A stretch of 63,898 nt of DNA, filler included, from Lama guanicoe (taxonomy: Eukaryota), in NCBI GenBank assembly GCA_013239625.1. It is 77 parts of 77 records of this genome, joined end to end, with 100 filler letters (N's around TTAATTAATTAA, not from the genome) between each part and the next. Parts side by side here need not be neighbours in the genome. Positions count along the whole stretch, not along the records: positions 1 to 798 come from PNXV01009737.1; positions 899 to 1,700 come from PNXV01009738.1; positions 1,801 to 2,689 come from PNXV01009754.1; positions 2,790 to 4,017 come from MU054796.1; positions 4,118 to 4,998 come from PNXV01009765.1; positions 5,099 to 5,433 come from MU054799.1; positions 5,534 to 6,037 come from MU054800.1; positions 6,138 to 6,932 come from PNXV01009771.1; 69 more parts are not named here. One strand, given 5' to 3'. Of this stretch, positions 1 to 12,163 are shown in pieces; the first letter of the stretch is position 1; each line of letters begins with the position of its first letter. The notes under the pieces were generated by a model. That model searched no databases and was not told the DNA's origin. It saw nothing but the letters and a program-made list of their open reading frames with translations. Made by a program: the position numbers and the translations under genes.

Positions 1-798
1 TGAGCTAGCATGTTTAGGAGCCTGGGCACTGCTGAGGGCATAGCTGCCATCACCGTGGTACACAGAGTCTGGCTCCGTTCCCCTCACCTGTCAACTCCTG
101 CTGAGGCCCCAGGCATTAGTCAAGGTAGGTGCATCGGTGCAACGTAAGCAGGGACCACCTTCTCCCCCTGGACAGACTGGTGAGTGAGCAGTGGAAGCCT
201 GGAACCCTGCTCCAGCCCCCACGCCAGTGCCTCCTCTGTTGTCATAGGAGGCACTGGTGACATTTTTGCTCAACAAATGCTTGTCTCTGAGTCTGCAGAC
301 CCACCAGAGAATGCCAGCTTGTTTTTGTCTTTTGAAGTCTGCCCTTGGGACTTGGCGGATTAGCCGTATGTGTACTTAGCCCACAGTGATTGGCACTGTC
401 ACCATTGATTACCCAGAACCTTGTGTACCAGGCATGGCTCCCGGCATCAAAATACAGCAGCGCATTAAACCTCCCTCCTCTTGGGTCTGTCTGTTCTGGT
501 ACCATAAGAGCTCAGCCAGCATCTGAACGTCTGTGAGATAATGCGGCCAGTGAGCTCGGGTCAAGCACATTCTCCTCCAGTCACTTTTACCCCATTGTTG
601 CTTTTAGTATTCCACAGTCATTAATTTTTTAAACAATGATATGTTGCAGGAGCAGAGCCTAATTCTCTCCTGCTACTCTTGGTGGAAGTGAGTAAAACGG
701 TCCAGACTGAAATGCGACCACAATTTGTATCTCAAAATCTGCCTAGACTCTTGTAGGTGGAATTTTAGTTAGGGGCGCTGAACACGTTGGGGTCCACG

Positions 799-898
799 NN
801 NNNNNNNNNNNNNNNNNNNNNNNNNNNNNNNNNNNNNNNNNNTTAATTAATTAANNNNNNNNNNNNNNNNNNNNNNNNNNNNNNNNNNNNNNNNNNNN
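799..898. other. Artificial scaffold linker N44-TTAATTAATTAA-N44 (first of ~76 copies through 63837)
   Basis: An identical 12-mer centred in ~100 bp of N recurs between unrelated fragments (843, 1745, 2734 ... 63782). It gives stop codons in all six frames. Confidence 0.98.
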
Positions 899-1800
899 TG
901 GAAATATGCTAGGACTAGGGCATTTTTGATGGTTAGTTTTCCTCAAATACTTTTTTCAGTGGGATGGGTGTAAAGATAGGTAATACTAAGGAAACTAAGA
1001 GACCTCAGACTCAGAATGGGAACTAAGACTCTCATTTCAATTACTTCACTGAAGGATGGCAGGGTGTGAGGGCTCTCCTGCCAGAGGCTGGTAGTCACCA
1101 CACCCAAGTTCTTGAAGACATCAAGATTACATGATCTCTATTTTGTTTTCTTCTTAAACAGAGTTCAACCTAAGACCTTCAACACACATAGCCTCATGGT
1201 TAGCAGAGAATTGGAGATGCATCTCAAGATGCTCAGGAAGTAAGAGGAGACCAGGGCCCTGATGAGGGCAGAGGAGCTCACCAGCAGATGTCAGAAGCGC
1301 TAGCTCTAAGTGGGTGCAGATGATGTACATTTGAAAGACATCATGCTGTTTATCTTGGGAAACATTAATAATTATTTTCTTGCATGTCTTTATCATTGCA
1401 TGTCATATCATTGAGAGACAGATTTCTTCATCCATAGATAGGATGATACATAGACAGACAGATCCGTCCTTGGCTCTAGTTCTTCCCTCTAACCTCTTGG
1501 ATTTGGAAAACCTGCTTGCTTTCTCTGTCTAGTCATCCTTTCCCAACTCAGATTTGCTCTTCTTGGGAAATCCTGTCTATGCCTTGATCTCCGCCAGTTC
1601 AGATTCTCAACCTGCTCCCAAACCTAGAAGCAAAGGTTTTTTCTAGTCCCTAAGTCACTTGTTTGCTTCTGATCCTAAAGCAAGGGTGGATGTGATACGA
1701 NNNNNNNNNNNNNNNNNNNNNNNNNNNNNNNNNNNNNNNNNNNNTTAATTAATTAANNNNNNNNNNNNNNNNNNNNNNNNNNNNNNNNNNNNNNNNNNNN

Positions 1801-1965
1801 GATTAGGGAATGGATACAAATTTAAAATTGGCTGCTCTTGCTGTGAGTGATAAAGTTCGCTGTCTCTGACCAATGGTCTCATCTCCCCGACAGCATCTGT
1901 AAGAAAAGAACATGCTAGGTTGCTAAAAATCTCAGCATGGTAAAATCTCAGAACTCCTACAATTA
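1801..1965 (+). mobile_element. 3' end of an old ERVL-class LTR (MER21/MER68/MER77-like), possibly followed by degraded internal sequence
   Basis: gtgagtgataaagttcgctgtctctgacc...cagcatc...ggtaaaatctcaga resembles the recalled 3' part of these LTRs. Confidence 0.45.
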
Positions 1966-2789
1966 TTAACTGTTTTCCAATGGGAATGTATTACTGACAA
2001 AGACTTGATTTTGGATAACAATGTGGTGTTTTCTCTTGGTTGCATTAAGGGATGTGAGGATAATCCCTGAGATCCACAATATTCTAGCTGCTGGGCAAAG
2101 AAGTGTAAAGGTTCTGCATTATTAGGACTGAGGACTGCTTTCAAAATGGTGACTATGTTCACTCTATTCCAGGTAGTCCAATGGAAGAAAGGTTATTACA
2201 ATTTCTAGGTGAACGGGAATAAGTCAGTGTGTCAGAATCTATAAATTAGTCAACAGGTGTTCAAAGCCAAAAAAAGCTGTGTCAATAATGAGAATTAAAA
2301 GAAAAAACTTAGACATATGCTTAAATTAAAAAGGAGACAGAGTTCAGTGCTGGGCTCTGGGTACTGGAGAATATATAAGCCTCAGTCCACTTCAAGGGTT
2401 CAGTGGCTTGGCCCTAGCATCTGCTCGGGATTCAATGAACAGGTAACAATTAGTATATTGGGAGAAATATAATTTACCTCTCCCTGATCTGAAGAAAATC
2501 TGGTGGCTCAATGAAACTCTTAATTCACAGAGATTCTGACAGATGAAGGGGAACAATTCACTGATGACTCAACTAAGAGAAACTTAGTTACTGCTTAAAA
2601 ATCCATCTTCATACACACAAAGTGGTAGAGAGATTTGTATTATTTAGTGGGAAGAATTCAGTGAGCAGAGCTCAGAGAATAGTTTTCAANNNNNNNNNNN
2701 NNNNNNNNNNNNNNNNNNNNNNNNNNNNNNNNNTTAATTAATTAANNNNNNNNNNNNNNNNNNNNNNNNNNNNNNNNNNNNNNNNNNNN

Positions 2790-4017
2790 TTCCTAGACCT
2801 ACTAGTGAGCGATGGTGGGGAATGGGCTCTAAAGCCAACAATAAGAGTGTGCATCTCTGTGGGCAGTGGAGAATTTGAAACTTCTTCCCCAACCTTGGAA
2901 CACCTGTGCCCCCATAAAGATGCGTGGACTCTGATTCCCCACCTCCAGCACACAAACGACACTTGCACAGTTATCATGAGAGGTGGGGAGGCTCCTCCAA
3001 ATGACAGCAGCGCCTGGGTTCTAAAAGAATCCCTTAGCTTGTCTTCCCTGATGGCATGCCTAGGCTGGAGAGTGGGGGAAAGTGGGGGTTGGGCTCTAAA
3101 CCAAGNNNNNNNNNNNNNNNNNNNNNNNNNNNNNNNNNNNNNNNNNNNNNNNNNNNNNNNNNNNNNNNNNNNNNNNNNNNNNNNNNNNNNNNNNNNNNNN
3201 NNNNNNNNNNNNNNNNNNNNNNNNNNNNNNNNNNNNNNNNNNNNNNNNNNNNNNNNNNNNNNNNNNNNNNNNNNNNNNNNNNNNNNNNNNNNNNNNNNNN
3301 NNNNNNNNNNNNNNNNNNNNNNNNNNNNNNNNNNNNNNNNNNNNNNNNNNNNNNNNNNNNNNNNNNNNNNNNNNNNNNNNNNNNNNNNNNNNNNNNNNNN
3401 NNNNNNNNAACAAGGGAATACCTTTGCCCCCTGGAATATGCGTGGACACTGTTTCTCCACCAACAGCACACACACGAAGAAGTTTTCTGGAATCCTGAGT
3501 ATGGGGAGGCTACTCCAAATGACAGCAGCACCTGGGTTCTATTACAATCCAATAGCTTGTGTTCCCTGAGTGTTTATATAGGCCAGGCTTTTATCTAATG
3601 TGGGGTTTGGTCTCTATAGCTAGGTTTTAGTGAGTGCCTCTCTATGGGCATGGAGGTTTTTAAAATTACATCCCTAACCTTTAAACACCTGCCCTCCATA
3701 TAAATGCGTGGTCTCTCTTTCCCCACCTCCAGCACACCCANNNNNNNNNNNNNNNNNNNNNNNNNNNNNNNNNNNNNNNNNNNNNNNNNNNNNNNNNNNN
3801 NNNNNNNNNNNNNNNNNNNNNNNNNNNNNNNNTGGCCAGGCTGTGAGCGAAGTTGGGTGTTGGGCACTAAAGACTAGTAATAGCGAGTGCCTCTCTATGG
3901 GCAGTGGAGGTGTTTAAAATACATCCCCAAACTTGGAACAACTGTGCCCCCCAAGAATTGCGTCGACACTGTTTCCCCAACTCCAGCACACACACGAAGA
4001 CGGGTTGAGGTTTCCTG
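2790..4017 (+). repeat. ~267-bp satellite, diverged CpG-poor form (family A)
   Basis: gggctctaaa at 2824 and 3091 (period 267). The motifs tgcgtggac, ggggaggct and cagcagc.cctgggttct recur across the gaps. Confidence 0.9.
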
Positions 4018-4117
4018 NNNNNNNNNNNNNNNNNNNNNNNNNNNNNNNNNNNNNNNNNNNNTTAATTAATTAANNNNNNNNNNNNNNNNNNNNNNNNNNN
4101 NNNNNNNNNNNNNNNNN

Positions 4118-4190
4118 TGGATGTGAGTCTTGATGAATTTGTGGGAAAGGGTGAGCTACGAGCATCCTTTTTCTCAACCATCTTCGCATC
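4118..4190 (-). mobile_element. LINE-1 extreme 5' end (5'UTR start)
   Basis: Reverse complement aagatggttgagaaaaaggatgctcgtagctcaccctttcccacaaattcatcaag matches the typical cetartiodactyl L1 start (AAGATGGCGG...GAGCTCACC..CTCCCACAAA..CATCAA). Confidence 0.6.
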
Positions 4191-4229
4191 CCCCACAAAA
4201 AGTCTCACATTATGGTGGAAGTTAAACAC

Positions 4230-4998
4230 AATCAGTAAATAGATGGAAAAGATGTTTCATGGAAATGACAAGAAAGTGCAGTTTGCAGTGCTCAACTCAT
4301 ACAAAATACGTTTTAAAATAAGGGCCCCAGTGAAAGTGAAATATGAGATTATATAAAAAAAGAGATCAATATAAAAATACAGTATTACACTCATTAAATT
4401 ATATATGGACCCAACACCGTAGATCCTAAGAATAAAAAGAAATATTAGACATGAAGGAATTAATTTATTATAAAACAATAATAGTAGATGTGTTGAACAA
4501 CTCACTATTCTGATGGCCATATCATCACAAAAGAATATCTGTAAGGAAACAGAGGTATTAATGGCATATTAGATCATTTGAACCTAACTCAGGTATTGGA
4601 CATTGCATCAGAAAAGGAGAACACATAAACTTCTCAAGTGTGCTCAGGATGTTATCTAAGGAATTAACCAATTATGTCATAAAATGAGCCTCAGGAACTT
4701 TAAGCAAATACAGATTACGGCAAATATTTCTCCATACATAAAATTATGGAAATATGCATCAACTCTAGAAAGAAGAACAAGATAACCACAAATATGAGAT
4801 TAAACCTCATCTTTTAAAAAATAAAATAAAACAAGGTCAATGATGAAAACAAAGAGGTAATAAAATCATACCTGAAGACAAATTACAATGAAAACACAGC
4901 TTCATCAAATATATGGGATGCAGCAAAGCAAATCTAAGAAGGAAGTTAAAAAAATTGAGGGCTTCTACAAGGAAAAAGAAAAACCTCACACAAAGGAA
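4230..4998 (+). mobile_element. Degraded LINE-1 ORF2, endonuclease region
   Basis: gatggaaaagatgtttcatggaaat...aatgaaaacaca...aatatatgggatgcagcaaagca corresponds to WKKIFHAN...NENT...NLWDAAKA; many stops and indels. Confidence 0.85.
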
Positions 4999-5098
4999 NN
5001 NNNNNNNNNNNNNNNNNNNNNNNNNNNNNNNNNNNNNNNNNNTTAATTAATTAANNNNNNNNNNNNNNNNNNNNNNNNNNNNNNNNNNNNNNNNNNNN

Positions 5099-5433
5099 GG
5101 AATTATATAGTACATACTGTCATTTGTCTGGACTTCTTGCAGTCAGGGTGATTATTTCAAAATCTGTGTTGTTTTGTGTATCAACAGTTCATTCCTTCTC
5201 ACTGTTAAGTATTAGTCCATTGTGTGGCTATACCATGGGTTGTTTATCCGTTCATCTGTTAATGGACATTTGAGTTCCAGTATTTGGCTATTACACATAA
5301 AGCTGCTATGAACGCTTGTGTTTCTATGGACATACACTTTTTTCCTTTGGGGTAAATACCTATAAGTGAAATGGCTGGGTCGTATGTAGGTGTATGCTTA
5401 ACTTTTTAAGAAACTCAAAGTATTTTCTAAAGC
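5099..5433 (-). mobile_element. Old L1M 3' region
   Basis: tccattgtgtggctataccat...ggacatttgagtt...aaagctgctatgaac...taaatacctataagtgaaatggctgggtc is typical antisense L1MB/MC. Confidence 0.85.
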
Positions 5434-5533
5434 NNNNNNNNNNNNNNNNNNNNNNNNNNNNNNNNNNNNNNNNNNNNTTAATTAATTAANNNNNNNNNNN
5501 NNNNNNNNNNNNNNNNNNNNNNNNNNNNNNNNN

Positions 5534-6037
5534 GAATCCAAGTTGACCATGGTGTATGATTCATTTTAGGTATTGCTGAATACAGTTTGCTAATAATATT
5601 TTGTAGAATTTTTGCTTCTAAATCTATCAGATTTACTGGCTTGAAGTTCCCTTTGCCTCTACTTTGTTTGCTGACTTTGCTATCAGGGTGATGAAAGTTT
5701 CATAGAATTTTGTAGTTTCCCACATCTTCAATATTTTTGAATAGTTTGAAGAGTATAAGTTCTGCTTTGTATTTTTGTACAGTTCTCCATNNNNNNNNNN
5801 NNNNNNNNNNNNNNNNNNNNNNNNNNNNNNNNNNNNGTAAAAAATTTTTTCAAATTACTTGTTTCTCCTTATCTTTGTCTCTTTTTTGAAAACTGTTTTT
5901 TTTTTCTTAGTTGTTCAGTTTATTGGCATGTAAGTGTTGACAAATGATCCCTTTTTTTGTATATCTGTGGGAATAGTTGTTATTTCTTTTCTTTTATACC
6001 TTCCTTTATTTCTTTGGATCATCTCTCTTTTCTTCAT
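5534..6037 (-). mobile_element. Degraded LINE-1 ORF2 fragment
   Basis: gaatccaagttgaccatggtgtatgattc...gtttgctaataatattttg is antisense of the KILAN.IQ..IK.IIHHDQVGF region. Confidence 0.8.
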
Positions 6038-6368
6038 NNNNNNNNNNNNNNNNNNNNNNNNNNNNNNNNNNNNNNNNNNNNTTAATTAATTAANNNNNNN
6101 NNNNNNNNNNNNNNNNNNNNNNNNNNNNNNNNNNNNNACTTTACGTATACTGAAGTTCTGTCCGAGTCTCTTTCTGAGATTCGGACCCATATGTGGGCAG
6201 TGACTTTGCGTCTGGCCAAGTCAGGGCCTGGGTTGTGATGGCAGATGGGGGAGACGGGGCATCAGATCCCTTTGCCAGCAGCTCTCTTAAGAGGCAGCCC
6301 AGGGGAGAAGTGGGGCAGCAGCGGGGCCCGGGGCTTCCTGGGTGTGGAGTCTCCTCGCTCGCACTCAC

Positions 6369-6479
6369 CCTGAGCGTGTCCTGGGCTCTGCTGCTGTCGT
6401 GGGCCACCTGCGCCTCCTGCAGGGAGGTGGAGTGGGGATCTCCGTGGACCAGGTCCTGACCCGTCCCATGTGTGGAGTC
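6369..6479 (-). CDS. Exon of a diverged RALGDS-like (Ral-GEF) gene, homologous to the 111-bp N-terminal RALGDS exon
   Basis: Acceptor tatttacAG, donor GTGAGT, 111 bp, phase 0-0. Encodes DSTHGTGQDLVHGDPHSTSLQEAQVAHDSSRAQDTLR, ungapped against recalled human RALGDS SSTQEIGEELINGVIYSISLRKVQLHHGGNKGQRWLG (both 37 aa). Confidence 0.75.
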
Positions 6480-6878
6480 CTGTAAATACAGTGCCCAGAG
6501 GCCAGGCAGGAGCCTCAGAGTCCTTTCTGGTTCTCTGACCCATTAGACATCTCCAGTCCTGACACACACCCACCACCGTCTGCACAGGCCTCCTTCAGGG
6601 GCAGAAAAGCTGACAAAGTGGGAGCCTTGTATTCCCAATGACACAGAGAAGATGCCCCTCAGGATTCCTCTTTCCCCTTATCAGCCCTGTCCTTGGGTGC
6701 GGCCATGACAGAACCACCAGGTGTCCAAGTGTTCAACAAGCCATTCCTGCCCAGAGGGGGCACCTCCTCTCAAGTCCCCCTATAGCGACATGGAGATTAG
6801 GGAAAGTGGGCCTGCCCAGGGAGGGCCCCTATGGAAGGCCAGTTCCAGACTGGCCTTCTCCAGGCCACCCAGCGTTAC

Positions 6879-6932
6879 CTTCAGTGACCTCCTCAAAATA
6901 GGCCACAGGCGCCTGGGTGGAGGGTTCCACAG
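6879..6932 (-). CDS. 3' part of the upstream exon of the same RALGDS-like gene
   Basis: Open frame LWNPPPRRLWPILRRSLK ends at AAG|GTAACG in phase 0, matching the next exon. An RRLWP..RR motif is recalled from expanded laurasiatherian RalGDS-like genes. Confidence 0.6.
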
Positions 6933-7032
6933 NNNNNNNNNNNNNNNNNNNNNNNNNNNNNNNNNNNNNNNNNNNNTTAATTAATTAANNNNNNNNNNNN
7001 NNNNNNNNNNNNNNNNNNNNNNNNNNNNNNNN

Positions 7033-7797
7033 TAGAATATGGAATGTAGAACACAGAAAATAGAATATAGAATACAGAATAAAGAACAAAAAATTTAGTA
7101 CATGGAATGCAGAACAGAGAATTTACAATATAGAATACAGAATACTGAATATAGAATTTAGAATATACAATGTAGAAAACAGAAAATAGAATATATAATA
7201 CCGAATGCAGAATATAGAATACAGAAGATAGAATATAGAACACAGAATATAGAATATGGAAAACAGAATACAAAACCCAGAATTGACAACATGGAATCAA
7301 GAACACAGAATTTAGAATATAATTAGAACATTGAATGCAGAACACAGAATTTAGAATATAGAGTGCAGAATAGTATATATATAATTTAGAATATAGAATG
7401 TAGAACACAGAATATAGAATATAGACTACGGAATGCAGAATATAGAATAAAGAATATAGAATGATTAACACAAATTATAGAATATAGAATAGAGAATATA
7501 GAACACAGAATTAAGAACATGGAATGCAGAACACAGAGTTTAGAATATAGAATACCGAATACTAAATATAGAATATGTATATACAATGTAGAACACAGAA
7601 TATAGAATATAGAATACGGAATGCAGAATACAGAATACAGAATATAGAATTAAGAACACAGAATATAGAATTTGGAAAACAGAATACAAAACAAAGAATG
7701 AAGAACATGGAATGCAGAATACAGAATTTAGAATATAGAAAATAGAATACTAAATATAGAATTTCGAATATAGAATGTAGAACACAGAATTTAGAAT
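7033..7797 (+). repeat. Heptamer (AGAATAT-variant) satellite, family C
   Basis: Continuous 7-bp register: agaatat/agaatac/agaacac/agaattt/ggaatgc. Confidence 0.97.
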
Positions 7798-9010
7798 NNN
7801 NNNNNNNNNNNNNNNNNNNNNNNNNNNNNNNNNNNNNNNNNTTAATTAATTAANNNNNNNNNNNNNNNNNNNNNNNNNNNNNNNNNNNNNNNNNNNNTCC
7901 AAGCCCTTGAGACCAAAATGCACCAAGCCCAGGTAAGCCTTTTCCAGGTTGGGGCCTAGATATCAAGCACTTGCTCTTCCCTCCCCTCTACTCAGGAATC
8001 CATTTGAAGGATCAGAACCTGAGCTGCAATGAAGCTAGTACGAGAATGGCAAGCCCCTCCTAGAACCAGAGTTCCTCAAGCTTCACACTCTGTGAACAAC
8101 AGTGATTTCCTTAAAGGTCAAATAGTCTCGACTGAAATATATAGGGATTGAATACTTACCTCCCACAAAGAAACGATGGCCGTCCACTAGATTCCGCAAA
8201 TGCTGGGTTTATGTCTTCTCTGGGGTGAATGGAGTGTGGTAAGTGAGGGGAATCTTTGACTGAACTTGAATATGTATTATGCCTCCGTTTTTCAAGACAG
8301 TCTAGGTAAATATTAGAATCAGATAGTGAACTGAACTGTAAAAGTCGCCAATGACATTAAAGACACAGCTATGTGGACAGTCTTTCACTTGAGTCAAGCC
8401 GCCGGGGGCATTATATCAGCAGACTTGGTTGCTTTAAATTGCTTTACCCAACATGATCGGATGATTAAGGTTTCTCATCACTGATAGGAGAACACCTGGT
8501 TCTCAATAGTCTAGCACAGCTGCAGCAGGGTTCCCTGAGTTTAATGCCTCTATGTGCTTTTGGATTCAAACCTAAATATATTTAGTTGGTTTGCTTTCTC
8601 TTGTATTTTCCTAGAGAGGGATGTTACNNNNNNNNNNNNNNNNNNNNNNNNNNNNNNNNNNNNNNNNNNNNTTAATTAATTAANNNNNNNNNNNNNNNNN
8701 NNNNNNNNNNNNNNNNNNNNNNNNNNNCGTAGCTAGGATCACATTACCCAGCTTTTGGTCTAGGCTTCCTGCCCCTACAGAGAAAGGTCATCTTATTTTC
8801 TGTTTCCAAACAACTAGCAAGGCCCTAATGCAAACTCACTGCTCAAGAATGCGAAATAAAGAAATGAACAAATGATCTGCTTTCCCCAACCCCCTTCAGC
8901 AGAAGATAAAGAAAAGGACTACAGTAGGATCAAAAGATCTAGATTTATGTCCAATATATTTGAATCCCTAAGTTTCATAATAATAAATAATGGATAGGAA
9001 AACTTGCCTT

Positions 9011-9136
9011 GGGAAAGAGGGTACATTTCAGTGGTAGAGCACATGCTCAGCATGTACGAGGTCCTGGGTTCAAACCCCAGTAACTCATTTTAAAAAATGA
9101 AGTAAATAAATACAAATAATTACCATCCTCAAAAAA
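9011..9136 (+). mobile_element. Vic-1-type camelid tRNA-derived SINE
   Basis: gagggtacatttcagtggtagagcacatgctcagcatgtacgaggtcctgggttcaaaccccagta (A and B boxes) plus an AT-rich aataaata...aattacc tail. Confidence 0.85.
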
Positions 9137-9302
9137 TATTTTTTCACTCAAATTACAAAAAACCCCTTGCAATTGAAAAAACATTGTAAACTTGACTATA
9201 TANNNNNNNNNNNNNNNNNNNNNNNNNNNNNNNNNNNNNNNNNNNNTTAATTAATTAANNNNNNNNNNNNNNNNNNNNNNNNNNNNNNNNNNNNNNNNNN
9301 NN

Positions 9303-9700
9303 GCACAGAGCGCTGTGTCTGTGAGAACTGGAGACCATCGTCATGGGAAATTCTTGGTGCCAGGAATACTGCAGAGGAGCTGGGGAGCCTGTGTGTTAAG
9401 GATTTTCCAGTCCTGGGAGTGGGAAGCTCAGACTGCATTCAGATCTGAGTTTGAATTCATCCTCTTTAGTTTACTGGTCCTCTGACTTTTGTCAAGTTAT
9501 ACATCCTGTTTGAACTCCTGTCTCTCAAAACAGGAGAATTACGGCCTGCTGCTAGAGTGTTTGATCAGGGTAAATGATTAAAATGATTTGTGTCTATAAA
9601 ATGCCACGTACAGTCACAAGGTCAGTGAGAAATGGGCTGTTGCCTCTTCTTCTGCAACTCAGTGCTCGATAAGACATCGGGAGAAAGACAGTCCCTAATT
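9303..9700 (+). repeat. Low-copy duplicated sequence, paralog of 44405-44790
   Basis: Long colinear matches such as gggagcctgtgtgttaaggattttccagtcctgggagtggga and gcctgctgctagagtgtttg, with scattered substitutions and indels. Confidence 0.9.
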
Positions 9701-10711
9701 TGTATGTGATGCAATGAGGAACAAAATTAACGTCTTGCCTTTCCCTAGCAGTATTGTTACTCCTTTGCTACAGTTACCTCTTTCCTCCTTTACTCTCCCC
9801 TTTCCCCTCCTCCAGCAAAAGANNNNNNNNNNNNNNNNNNNNNNNNNNNNNNNNNNNNNNNNNNNNTTAATTAATTAANNNNNNNNNNNNNNNNNNNNNN
9901 NNNNNNNNNNNNNNNNNNNNNNCAGTTTGCTCATTCCCCTGCAATGCTTTTGCATGTTAAATAAAAATTGACATGAGTGAAAGGATATGAAATCTCTGCC
10001 AACAAATTAGAAAGAAAAAATAACACACTAACTTAAAATATACTTCAGCTACCTGTCATAAGCAAATTTTAAGAAGCCTTAATGGAAAGAAGTGCAGTAC
10101 TTGGCAATATCAGTACTTGCTTCTTTAGATGATTCAGCTTATTTGAGTCTTAAAAAGGACTTAGACATATTTGCATCTTCATATCTGAATGCTATGTGGT
10201 TTTCCTGTGGGATAAGGTGAATTATTTCCATTTAATAACTTTAGAAACAAAAGATAGGATATTTCCATATTAAATTTTAGATGTTGGTGTTTAAAATAGC
10301 ACCTTTGGCCATAGCTTGACCTCATATTTTGTTTCTCCTTATTTTATATTAATCTTAAATCATCATTTGCAAAATTTTGTGCATGGTATTTCTTGTGAAT
10401 AATTAAAATGGGTCAAACCAAGGAATTGTATTTGACTTCTTTAGGGCAGAAAATGGGGAGAAAAAAAAGTTAAGAAATTCTACCGTTTTACTAGAGATTG
10501 CTCTGCAAGGCTGACTGCAGGGGACTTTCAACTGCTTACCCATCCAAGGGCTTATCAGTAATCTGACAATTTCAACTGTCTGTATTTACAAGTTCCTGCT
10601 GTTCAACGTCANNNNNNNNNNNNNNNNNNNNNNNNNNNNNNNNNNNNNNNNNNNNTTAATTAATTAANNNNNNNNNNNNNNNNNNNNNNNNNNNNNNNNN
10701 NNNNNNNNNNN

Positions 10712-11259
10712 CAGAACACAGAATTTAGAATATAAAATACAGTAAACTGAATATAGAATTGAGAATATAGAATGTATAACACACAATATAGAATAGAGAA
10801 TATAGAACCCAGAATTTAGAACATGGAATTCAGAACACAGAATTTAGAATATAGAATACAGAACACTGAATATAGAATTTAGAATATAAACGCACAACAC
10901 AGAATATAGAATATAGGGTACGGAATGCAGAATATAGAATACTGAATATAGAATGTAGAATACAGAATATACATTATGGAAAACAGAATACAGAACCCAG
11001 AATTTAGAAAATGGAATTCAGAACACAGAATTTAGAATATAGAATACAGAATACATAATATAAATTTTAGAATATAGAATGTAGAACACAGAATATAGAA
11101 TATAGAGTACGGAATGCATAATATAGGATAATATAGAAGACATAGGACATCGAATTCAGAACACAGAATTTAGAATACAGTTTAAAGAATACATAATATA
11201 GAATTAAGACTATAGAATTTAGAACACAGAATATAGAATGTAGAATACGGAATGCAGAA
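10712..11259 (+). repeat. Heptamer satellite, family C
   Basis: AGAATAT-variant 7-mers throughout. Confidence 0.97.
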
Positions 11260-11359
11260 NNNNNNNNNNNNNNNNNNNNNNNNNNNNNNNNNNNNNNNNN
11301 NNNTTAATTAATTAANNNNNNNNNNNNNNNNNNNNNNNNNNNNNNNNNNNNNNNNNNNN

Positions 11360-12063
11360 ATGTTCTAAATTCTGGGTTCTGTAGTCTGCATTATATATTC
11401 TGTGTTTTACATTCTATATTCTAATTTTTTTCTAAATTCTGTATTCTATATTCTATATTGTGTATTCTTTATTCTGTATTCTGAACTCTGTGTTCTGAAT
11501 TCCATGTTCTAATTTCTGGGTTCTGCATTTTGTATTCTATATTCTGTATCTGTGCTCTGCATTGCATATTCAAAATTCTGGGTTCTAGATTGAGTATTCT
11601 ATATTAATATTCTGTGTTCTGTATTCTATATTCTACATTCTATTACTGTATTCTATATTCTATATTCTGTGTTCTGAATTCCATGTTCTATATTCTGCGT
11701 TCTGTATTCTATATTGTATTTTCTGTGTTTTCCATTCTATATTGGACATTGTATATTCTGTATTCTGTAGATTTAAATCTAAATTTTCTGTTCTGAATTC
11801 CTTGCTCTATATTCTGGTTTCTGTATTCTACTTTGTATATTCTAAATTCAATGTTCCACATTCTATATTCTACTTTCTATATTCCATATCCTTTATTCTA
11901 TATTCTAAATTCTGGATTGTGAATTACATGTTCTAAATTCAGGGTTCTATATTCTGTATTTTATATTCGATATTCTGTGTTCTATAATCTGTATTCTACA
12001 TTCTATATTATGTTTTCAGTATTCTATATTCTGTGTTCTACATTCTATATTCTGTATTTTATT
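11360..12063 (-). repeat. Heptamer satellite, family C (ATATTCT orientation)
   Basis: atattct/gtattct/gtgttct/aaattct units. Confidence 0.97.
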
Positions 12064-12163
12064 NNNNNNNNNNNNNNNNNNNNNNNNNNNNNNNNNNNNN
12101 NNNNNNNTTAATTAATTAANNNNNNNNNNNNNNNNNNNNNNNNNNNNNNNNNNNNNNNNNNNN

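Noticed and set aside
242..505. 87-aa ORF in the first fragment
   Set aside because: No recognisable domain or splice structure, and the length is expected by chance.
6369..6416. 48-bp golgin-like or MHC-like mini-exon using the ctgcAG at 6417
   Set aside because: The longer 111-bp exon from the acceptor at 6480 aligns end to end with RALGDS and explains the region better.
7033..7797. Dense nGAAn motifs as heat-shock elements
   Set aside because: The GAA units are all head-to-tail at 7-bp spacing. Canonical HSEs need alternating inverted pentamers.
9011..9090. tRNA gene
   Set aside because: It has degenerate stems and the Vic-1 AT-rich tail, so it is a SINE rather than a functional tRNA.
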